Assembly (NCBI GenBank): GCA_963422365.1
Contig: OY729426.1
Coordinates: 576,001-640,000 of the forward strand
Reading direction: 5' to 3'
Length of the DNA stretch: 64,000 bases
DNA from: Nitrospirales bacterium
Lineage (GTDB): Bacteria > Nitrospirota > Nitrospiria > Nitrospirales > UBA8639
Of this stretch, positions 36,531 through 44,616 are shown one piece after another. Positions within the stretch are counted from its first letter, which is position 1, and each line of letters starts with the position of its first letter. The position numbers and the translations under genes were made by a program. A model generated the notes under the pieces. That model was not told where the DNA came from. It saw nothing but the letters and a program-made list of their open reading frames with translations, and did not search any database.

Positions 36531-37394
36531 TCAGAAAGCCGCAGCGCCACGCGACCCACATATGGGATTCAAGATGTCCGCCTCCTCCGATTGAAGAGGG
36601 AAGGAAAAGCCCGCGGCATTGACATGCCCGCCGCCACCGTATCGGGTGGCAATAGCGGAGACATCAGCGGTCCCTGGTTTCGAACGCAAGCTAAAATACC
36701 GACGGCCTTCCCGTTGGTGCCAAATGATGCAAAACGGAAAGCCCTGGCACAGACGTTCTCCAATCTGACTGGTCATCACCGGACTATACACCGCCGGCAC
36801 CGTTTCCTCTTCAAAGTCAACCAAGACGGATTCCGCGACAATTTTTGTAATCAAGACCTGTTCCTGTCGAAGAATCGCCCGACCTTCGACTTCCAACATA
36901 TCCTGCGCCAGACCATCCCAGACCTGAAAATCAAACGGATACGAGGCCAACGCAGCATTAATTTCACGACTCTTGGGCATCCGCCATTCCCACAAATCTT
37001 TGTCTTGAATGTACTGAAGCAACCAGGGTGCCGGCTCCGGGTGCGCCCATTCCCAAGCCAATACCGCCCCGCTTTTTTTCATGTCGAAATACGCATACGG
37101 GAGACCGGCCAACGAAGCCTGAGCCGTGACGTGGTGATCTAAAATATGAAAACTGGCCGTGGACTCGGCCAATTGTTCGATGACCTCACGAGGATAACTA
37201 AAGTCCACCATCACCACATGCGCCTTGTCCAATCCGGAAGGGGGACATTGCCCATGTTTGACCGGGATGTAGTGCGCATCCGGATACTTTTTCCGCAAGG
37301 CCCACGCCGCACCGAATCCATCAGCACAATCGGCATGATACAGCACGACGGTAGGGTCCTGTTTTGCAAACGGTTTGGCCCTGGAATCGCTCAT
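36531..37394 (-). CDS. DHH/DHHA1 family phosphoesterase
   Basis: YHADCADG, VDFS, LDHH, D.DLW, SLRS, GGGGH.NAAG. Confidence 0.88.
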   Translation of the reverse strand: MSDSRAKPFAKQDPTVVLYHADCADGFGAAWALRKKYPDAHYIPVKHGQCPPSGLDKAHVVMVDFSYPREVIEQLAESTASFHILDHHVTAQASLAGLPYAYFDMKKSGAVLAWEWAHPEPAPWLLQYIQDKDLWEWRMPKSREINAALASYPFDFQVWDGLAQDMLEVEGRAILRQEQVLITKIVAESVLVDFEEETVPAVYSPVMTSQIGERLCQGFPFCIIWHQREGRRYFSLRSKPGTADVSAIATRYGGGGHVNAAGFSFPLQSEEADILNPICGSRGAAAF

Positions 37395-37549
37395 CGTTCA
37401 AAACCATACCATGAATCCCTACGGAGGCCAAATCTCCTTCATTTCCCGGTACTCCTCCCCCGGCATTCCTCCAATGACAATGCGGATTGAGCCCTAGACC
37501 CTTACACGGATTGGGGACCTTGAACGGCCCCCTGCGGCACCCCATTCAA

Positions 37550-37987
37550 CCAATCAGTTGCCGGAGCCGACCTGCCTCCTGTCGATGATAGTGGAACATC
37601 AACCGAGGGAGGGGTGTCAACTTCGGTTCATCGTATTCTGGCGATAATGCTTCACCTTGAACTTCTGGCTGACCCGTACATGCTCACTTTCAGACAATGT
37701 TCGTAGGGCTGAAACACCCGAAACGCATATCGCAACTCTTTGAACGCCCGATTCACGATCTTCATATCCAACAGATCAAGCGGCTGTTCAGCCATCCTGA
37801 TGACGCGGGTCACCATATCCCGGATCAGGGTCTTTCGCAGGTCATGGGCTGATCCCGAAAGAACATGCTGAATTTTGGTCATCAGTGCCTCATTCTCATC
37901 CGAGAGGCTGCGAGACGGCAGTCTCCCGCCTGACTCCGGAGCACTTGGTTGAGAGGGATTCGGGGCATGCTGGTTCAGCATATCCAT
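37550..37987 (-). pseudogene. LOG (TIGR00730-like) family protein with central deletion
   Basis: N-part ..KELRYAFRVFQPY..KVSMYGSAR joined directly to C-part LPRLMFHYHRQEAGRLRQLI; the PGGxGT core is absent. Confidence 0.75.
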
Positions 37988-38160
37988 GAACCTTGTCTCT
38001 TATGAGGCCTTTTGAACATTCAGCTAGACAATGATCCCTTACTCTCTCTATCTTGTATGGTACCGTATGTTGTCTTTAGTTATTCTTTTCGGTATCCGTG
38101 AATAGGGCCTCACCCTGTTGTAACGGATAGGAAAGACGATCTCTAACCACGTCAACGCGC

Positions 38161-39297
38161 ATGAGTTTTTGGCAGCACCTTTCACGTCCCATCATCGGGC
38201 TAGCTCCTATGGACGGCGTCACCGATATTGCGTTCCGCCACATCATCGCCACCTATGGCCGGCCGGACGTGATCTTTACCGAATTTACCAACGTCCATGA
38301 TATTTGTCAGGGGCGAGGCATGGGCTGGGATCCGTTACGGTATATCGACAATCAACGCCCGATCGTTGCCCAGCTTTACGGCAAACATCCTCATGTATTT
38401 TACCAGGCTGCCCATGTGGTGAGTGAACTCGGATTTGACGGACTGGATATTAACATGGGGTGCCCGTCCAAAAACGTGGCTTCGTCCGGGTGTGGCGCAG
38501 GGCTCATCAAAACGCCGGAACTGGCACTCGACATCATGGCGGCGACCCAACGCGGGCTTCACGATTGGGCCAATGGACAAACCCTGGCCAAAGCCGGGCT
38601 CAAACCCAGCATTGTCGAAAAGGTACGCATGGTGCGTGCCACGCAGCAACATCACGCCACACCCCGCTCCGCCCTTCCTCTTTCAGTGAAAACGCGCCTG
38701 GGGTATGACTCCGTCATTATCAAGGAATGGAGCGCCTGTCTCGCGCAAGGCCAACCGGAAGTGATTTCCATCCATGGTCGAACCTTGCAACAACTGTATC
38801 GGGGCGATGCGGATTGGGAAGCGATTACCGAGGCCGCCTCTCAGATTCACCAACAGGGCATCCTCGTGTTAGGCAACGGCGACATCGGCTCTTTGAACGA
38901 ATCCATTGCTCGCATCCACGCCAGCAGAGTGGACGGCATTCTCATCGGCCGTGCGGCCCTAGGAAACCCGTGGATCTTTCACGGTAAAGCCTTGATCCGC
39001 GAGGCCGTACTGGCGCGCGCCCGGCATCCGGTCTCCGAACCGATGGTCTCTCGACAAGACCGGTTCGACATGATGCTGCAGCACGCACATGCGTTTGAAC
39101 GGTATCATGACGCGCCCCGTTTTCCGCGCATGCGCAAACATCTGGGTTGGTATTGCAGCGGCTTTCCGCATGCCGCCTCCCTGCGTGCCCATATGGTCAA
39201 AACCAACAACGCCCAAGACGTTGAACGACTGCTCGATGAGTATGTCTCCCGACACGTTTCACCTGAAGTCGACGCGCTCACCGCTGCATCGACGTAA
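38161..39297 (+). CDS. tRNA-dihydrouridine synthase
   Basis: LAPMDGVTD, DINMGCP, SVKTRLG, IHGRT, GNGDI, IGRA. Confidence 0.93.
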   Translation: MSFWQHLSRPIIGLAPMDGVTDIAFRHIIATYGRPDVIFTEFTNVHDICQGRGMGWDPLRYIDNQRPIVAQLYGKHPHVFYQAAHVVSELGFDGLDINMGCPSKNVASSGCGAGLIKTPELALDIMAATQRGLHDWANGQTLAKAGLKPSIVEKVRMVRATQQHHATPRSALPLSVKTRLGYDSVIIKEWSACLAQGQPEVISIHGRTLQQLYRGDADWEAITEAASQIHQQGILVLGNGDIGSLNESIARIHASRVDGILIGRAALGNPWIFHGKALIREAVLARARHPVSEPMVSRQDRFDMMLQHAHAFERYHDAPRFPRMRKHLGWYCSGFPHAASLRAHMVKTNNAQDVERLLDEYVSRHVSPEVDALTAAST

Positions 39298-39320
39298 CCC
39301 GCTGCACCCCACGAGAACCC

Positions 39321-39950
39321 GTGTCCATCATCCTGGCTTCCACCTCTCCGCGCCGCCGCGAATTACTGGCCTTGCTCGGCATTGCGTTTGACATCATGCC
39401 TCCTACGGCCGAGGAAGTCCCATCCCCCGATCTTTCGCCTCCCGACCAGGCAAAACAATTTGCGCTGGATAAGGCGCTCTCCATTGCACACCACTATCCG
39501 GATGATCTGGTGTTAGGCAGCGACACGGTGATTGACATCGACGGCACACTGTTGGGTAAACCTCAAGATCTCAACCAAGCGGAAACCATGTTGCGGCAGA
39601 TCCGAGGGCGTGCACATCAGGTGCATACAGGCCTCGCGCTGATTCACCACGTGACAATGCAATTGGTGGCGTTGGTCGAAACCGCCCATGTCTGGATGAC
39701 ACCGTGTCACGACGAGGAACTCCGCGGCTACCTCAATACAGAAGAAAGTCTGGGAAAGGCCGGAGCCTATTCCATTCAAGGCGAAGGCGCGCAGCTTATT
39801 GAAAAGATCGAAGGAGATTATCCAACCATTGTCGGGCTACCCTTGTGGCAAACCGCTAAACTGCTGGAGCAACAGGGAGTCGTGCTCCCGAAGTCTGTTG
39901 AAGAGATCTACCGACTGAAGCCGTACGCGAATTGGAAAGAATTTGCGTAA
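39321..39950 (+). CDS. maf: Maf family nucleoside triphosphate pyrophosphatase
   Basis: ILASTSPRRRELL, GSDT, LGKP, KAGAY.IQG, VGLP. Confidence 0.95.
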   Translation: MSIILASTSPRRRELLALLGIAFDIMPPTAEEVPSPDLSPPDQAKQFALDKALSIAHHYPDDLVLGSDTVIDIDGTLLGKPQDLNQAETMLRQIRGRAHQVHTGLALIHHVTMQLVALVETAHVWMTPCHDEELRGYLNTEESLGKAGAYSIQGEGAQLIEKIEGDYPTIVGLPLWQTAKLLEQQGVVLPKSVEEIYRLKPYANWKEFA

Positions 39951-40097
39951 AGTATTTGTGAACATCGTGATTGATCGGAGTCTCTCTGCCCGCCGTTTAT
40001 TTGAGAAGTGGTCCCAGTCTGATTCCTTGGGCCCATTTTTAACTGTACAAACCATACAAAATATTGTTGCTTGACCAGTGAATTGAAAAGCGCGACG

Positions 40098-40113
40098 ATC
40101 TTACCAGTAAGAT
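40098..40113. promoter_or_regulatory. Palindromic operator (ATCTTAC-CA-GTAAGAT) upstream of AbrB-PIN TA
   Basis: Perfect inverted repeat ~20 bp before the antitoxin start; autoregulatory role inferred. Confidence 0.6.
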
Positions 40114-40134
40114 TTTGACGAGGAGGATACCCAC

Positions 40135-40386
40135 ATGGCAGAACTGACAACAACGAAGATGTCCTCGAAGGGACAGGTTGTCATTCCTGAAGAAATTCGA
40201 AAATGCCTGGGTCTTGAGGCCGGAACTCAATTTGTGGCGGCGGCGGATAAGGATACGGTCATCATGAAAGCCATCTCGCCACCCTCAATGGACGAATTCG
40301 ACACTCTGAAAGCAGCCGCGAGAAAGGCAGGATTGAAGCAGGCCGACATCCAGTCCATGACCTCGGAAGTACGTTCAGGGAAATGA
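40135..40386 (+). CDS. AbrB/MazE/SpoVT family antitoxin
   Basis: TTKMSSKGQVVIPEEIR..LGL..G; GGAGG RBS. Confidence 0.9.
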   Translation: MAELTTTKMSSKGQVVIPEEIRKCLGLEAGTQFVAAADKDTVIMKAISPPSMDEFDTLKAAARKAGLKQADIQSMTSEVRSGK

Positions 40387-40793
40387 AAATCGTCGTAGAT
40401 ACCAACGTTCTCATATCGGGTATCTTCTTCGACGGCCCGCCAGCACGAATCCTGAAAGCACGGTATAACGGCAAACTGCAATTTGTCGTATCACACGAGA
40501 TTCCAGAGGAATACTTTCAAGTTTGTGAACGACTTTCCTTTCGATATCCAGATATCGATATGACTCAAATTCTTATTCTGATGGTCCCAAACTGTCACCG
40601 TGTGGACACTCCGTCTTTGCCATTACCCCAGCCCTTTTCAAGCGATGCGGATGACGATACGTTCATTGCCTGCGCTTGAGCGAGCGACTCTAAAATTATC
40701 ATCAGCGGCGACAGTAATTTGCTTACAGTGTCTGGCTACGAAAATGTTCAGATCGTAACGCCTCGAGATTTCGTTGATAGATACATCGATTGA
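40383..40793 (+). pseudogene. PIN-domain (VapC-like) toxin with premature stop
   Basis: VVDTNVLISG..DADDDTFIACA*; reading continues past TGA 40677 as ASDSKIIISGDSNLL..IVTPRDF. Confidence 0.85.
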
Positions 40794-40818
40794 AACACTG
40801 CATTTAGCATCGAATGCA

Positions 40819-41573
40819 TTAGAGCTTCATCGTGAAATCCTTTAATGTGTCGAACTCCTTGAGGACCTTCCAAAAAAAATATTCATCCGATCCTTGACCA
40901 CGAACGTTTCGGTACAGTTCCTCTTCATCAAAGACATAATCTTGAGTCACTCGTGTAACCAGTCCCACACATTCAGGAATTCCTTTTCTTTCAGAATACC
41001 CAGGTACGTTTCATGCTCAATATTTACACCCTAAGCCTTAACATATTCGGTCTTTTCTTCGCCTATTTCTACATGAAGCTGATGGCCTCCATGGTTCCAC
41101 TGAATTGGAAGAGATCCATCTTCATCGCTGGAAACAAACGGGGTCTTCCAAGCCGTCCACTGTTTACGATAGAATAGAAAAAATACTCCAGGGTATTAGG
41201 GGCTTGACTCAAAATAAAAGGGCCTGCTAGCTTTTTTTGACCCTTTCCCATCCCAATTATCTTCACGCTCAGTTATTTTTTGAAGTTTTTCTTTCAATGC
41301 TTCCGCAAGGACGGGTAATTGTCTCGTTGACACCTTCTAGAAAACTGTTCCCGCTGTGAAAGCTTTCATCCTTCAGCCCTTGTTAAGTCTTCTTCATTGA
41401 GGATGACCCTCTCATGCGATCATGGAAACCCATCGTCCACGTCCTCAACGACACTGACCCCTCAGTTCTTTCCTGAGCTTGGTCCCCTAGCTTCTCTAGG
41501 ATGTCGGTGATGTTCCACTGGAAGATGTTTCGAATGTTTCTTTGGTTGAATGTTCTGCTTGTAACGATGGCAT
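40819..41573 (-). pseudogene. Degraded two-gene module (NWDG-motif protein plus coupled ELYRNV-motif protein)
   Basis: Minus strand: EDNWDGKGSK..PFVSSDEDGSLPIQWNHGGHQLHVEI..WDWLHE*, overlapping GTG start of TQDYVFDEEELYRNV; stops and frameshifts. Confidence 0.5.
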
Positions 41574-41597
41574 CTTCGACCTTTCGTATGTTTCAGT

Positions 41598-41899
41598 GGT
41601 ATAAAAAGACCAAGGACGTGCTGGTTGCCGAAGACCCGAGATCAGAAGAGCTACTGAAACCGATTTTGCGTGGACGGGACATTAAACGCTATCGGGCGGA
41701 ATGGGCGGGGCTGTGGGTGATTGATTCACACAATGGCTATGGCAATGTGCCGCCGGTCAATGTCGATGACTATATCGCCATCAAACAGCATCTGGATCAA
41801 TTCTACCCGCATTTGAAGAAGCGGCAGGATAAGGGAGTCACGCCGTACAACCTGCGTCATTGCGCTTATGACCAGGAGTTTCTACGCGATAAGCTCGTC
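41598..41899 (+). pseudogene. Internal fragment of Type IIG restriction-modification enzyme (region before TaqI_C-like specificity domain)
   Basis: EDPRSEELLKPILRGRDIKRY..W.GLW.I, KRQDKGVTPYNLR.CAY..EF. Confidence 0.85.
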
Positions 41900-41905
41900 T
41901 TATCG
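41887..41905. other. Putative tyrosine-recombinase crossover site CGATAA-GCTCGTC-TTATCG
   Basis: 6 bp inverted arms with a 7 bp asymmetric spacer at the RM/recombinase junction. Confidence 0.6.
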
Positions 41906-42019
41906 ACGATAAAGGCGGCGTTGTAGCCGGTTTTTATTCCGTAGTGGCAATATCTCGCAGTGTTCACAAGTGGCAGGGCTTACATTGCTTTCCTTTCAAT
42001 AACCTTAGGGAGAGCAGCT

Positions 42020-42993
42020 ATGACCCCATCCACAACCCCGGAATTGGCAGACAGTCCCCCCAGCGCGGCAGCGTTCACGGGCCGCTTGCAGGCCCGGCCA
42101 TGGCCGCCAACACTCGCAGGGCCTACACCGAAGGCTGGGCCATCTTCACAGACTGGTGCGGGCCCACGCCATGGCCCCCTCGCCGCCACGCCCGGCCACC
42201 TCGTTGATTTTTTCGTGGCGACCGCCTCCCGCCGCAGAGCGGGTACGGATACGCTGTTGGCGTTCGGCACCCTCGTTCTGATCCGCTGTGCCATCCGCCG
42301 TCGCTATGCAGACGCCAACCTGACCTCGCCCACACATCACCCCGACGTCACAGCCATCTTCAAGGGGCTCGCCCGCCTGCGGGGCGCCGCGTCAAGGCGA
42401 TTTGCGAGGACCAGTTGGCTGCGATGTTGGCGAAGTGCCCGGCCACGCCCATCGGCGCACGGGACGCGGCCGTGCTGGCGCTCGGCTTTGCCGCCGCCTT
42501 GTGCCGCTCGGAATTATGCGGGCTATCGATAGGGGATATTGAGCGGATTCCGACAGACGGGGGGGCCACCGGCATCATATTGCATATCCATCGCTCGAAG
42601 ACAGACCAGGCGGGGAAAGGCCAGCAGGTGGTCGTGCCCGCCGGGAAACGGATTCGCCCAGTCGCCGTCTTGGACCGCTGGGTCCGCGCCCATGGCCCTC
42701 ACGCCGGCCCCCTCTTTCAATCGTTGCGACGGGGCGGACGACTCACAGGCCACCCCCTCCACCACTCCGATATTCCGCGCTTGGTGAAACGGTATGCCGC
42801 GGCCATTGGGCTGGACCCTGCCGAGTTCTCCGCCCACTCCCTGCGGGCAGGCTTCGTCACCAGTGCGGCGGTCCATCACGCGCGGATGGACAAGATCATG
42901 GCCGTGACCCGCCACACCAACCCAGCTACAGTCATGAAATACATCCGCGATGCGGACGTGTTTACGGACCATGCAGGACAGGGGTTTTTGTGA
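42020..42993 (+). pseudogene. Cre-like tyrosine recombinase, frameshifted in N-terminal half
   Basis: NTRRAY..W..F..WC, RD.A.L.LGF..ALCRSEL, RSKTDQ.G.G, HSLRAGFVT, RH....VMKYIR; about 3 frameshifts between 42090 and 42400. Confidence 0.88.
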
Positions 42994-43039
42994 GAGTCGA
43001 TGGGCGGGGCGCTGTTCATTTTGGCACTGGACAGGATTG

Positions 43040-43138
43040 GACTACACCACCGGGCAGGAAGCCGAAATCGACCGGCTGGTGTATCAGCTATACAGGCTGA
43101 CGGAGGAAGAGATTAAACTTGTGGAGCAGATAAGATAG
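43040..43138 (+). repeat. Type IIG RM C-terminal tail, copy 1
   Basis: EAEIDRLVYQLYRLTEEEIKLVE. Confidence 0.85.
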
Positions 43139-43185
43139 GATAAGCCAAGAATATCAGCAAATTAAAGATGGAAATTATCCTTTTA

Positions 43186-43587
43186 CTACTTGTCCTCGCG
43201 GTTACCCGGGGTTTTGTATAAGTCATCAAAATGCCATAACTTTTCTATTAAATACTTAAGCAAAACCATCAAGTCACTACTAATAATACCTAGTGTAAAA
43301 CCCAGTCCGGCGCGTATCTGAAAACTTCCTGATGCTATTAGCCAAATTGCTGCTCCAATCAGGGCTATAATTCCAACGCAAAGCACAGACGATACAATTC
43401 TAGAAAACCAAAGTTGCCGAGCGAGAGACTTGAACCGGTAAGCCTCTATGGTATGGCTATGTTCCTGCTGTCGGCTTTCTCATCCTTGCTCATGCTCTTG
43501 CTTTGCAGTCCCCCTTGGAGCTTCCTGTTTCTGCTCGTCCAGTCGCAGGTCTTTCATGGGGACTCTGTGGTCCACTTCGTTGTTCAT
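43186..43587 (-). pseudogene. Two-TM membrane protein, putative Panacea-paired toxin (internal stop)
   Basis: ATG 43587 in frame with the hydrophobic ORF 43186-43386; TGA at 43480; directly downstream of Panacea gene. Confidence 0.55.
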
Positions 43588-43599
43588 GAGCTGTTTGAA

Positions 43600-44032
43600 C
43601 TGTTTCTTTCTTCCTGGCTTCATGTGTTGTTTGCATTTCGCCGGGCTGATGACCAAGGTGTGCCTGCTTCATGTGTCAAATTTGAAAGGTATAAACCGGA
43701 GTAAGGGGAATAGAGGTTCCAGCCCTGACCCAATAGCCAGTGGAAATCGGTATCTTGCTCGGGGACTACCTCATCATCTGCGGTTCCCTCTCCCAATTTT
43801 CTTTACTGATAGGCACGCTCCCAAATATTTTGTCAGCATGATCAATTTCTGGAAATACCGGACCATACTTCCACGCCTCCGGTTCCTTGTTGATTGCTGG
43901 TCTCTCAACATATGCCAAGTGCCATCCGTGAACGAGATAGACCAGCTTTTGTAACTTAAGCGGGCTAATCAGTATATTTTTCTCAAACGATAGCTGCAAG
44001 ACACTCTTGGCAACTTGCCGTGCAGGATACAT
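43600..44032 (-). pseudogene. Panacea/SocA (DUF4065) antitoxin, frameshifted
   Basis: LKLQKLVY..HGWHLA, EAWKYGPV, and in another frame LSNLTHEAGTPW. Confidence 0.85.
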
Positions 44033-44175
44033 TCTTGGTTGCCTCCCCAACCCTCGTTTGTGCTTTGGATGAAATCTTCTCTTACTTTAGTACAAACAGG
44101 TTATCTTGTCTCTCAACTCTACGATTTGACAGATGCACGTGGTGAGATAGGGTGAAACCAGGCGAGCATATACCG

Positions 44176-44308
44176 CAGTGCGGCGACTTATCATGCACGG
44201 ATGGACAAGATCATGACGGTAACCCGTCACACCAGCACCAATACGGTAATGAAATACATCCGCGATGCGGATGTTTTTACCGACCACGCAGGGCAGGGTT
44301 TTTTGTAA
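44176..44308 (+). repeat. Second copy of the tyrosine recombinase 3' end
   Basis: AATYHARMDKIMTVTRHTSTNTVMKYIRDADVFTDHAGQGFL*, homologous to 42861-42993. Confidence 0.92.
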
Positions 44309-44340
44309 CGCAGAGACCGGTCTTTCATATGTTTGTTACC

Positions 44341-44416
44341 CTGCAAACCGAAATCGACACGCCGGGTTTATCGGCTTTACGGACTGACAGACGCGGAAGT
44401 TGTAGCAGTGGAGGGA
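44341..44416 (+). repeat. Type IIG RM C-terminal tail, copy 2
   Basis: QTEID(fs)VYRLYGLTDAEVVAVEG. Confidence 0.75.
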
Positions 44417-44616
44417 TGCTGTAGTAGAAAGTGAATAAGTGCTTTTATTGAACAAAACGTTTACAGACTAAAACGATATGGCCGGGAGTTTTGACATTTT
44501 TTAGAAACGCATGATTGATGAGACTGTTGAATGATGAAGCAATGGACTGCGCTTGCATCAGTGATATATTTAGCCTGATTTTGAATGCCAAAATATCCAC
44601 ATAGAGGGGAAATGTT

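Noticed and set aside
40677..40679. In-frame TGA as selenocysteine
   Set aside because: The position is not a catalytic Cys and no SECIS-like hairpin is evident; a nonsense mutation is simpler
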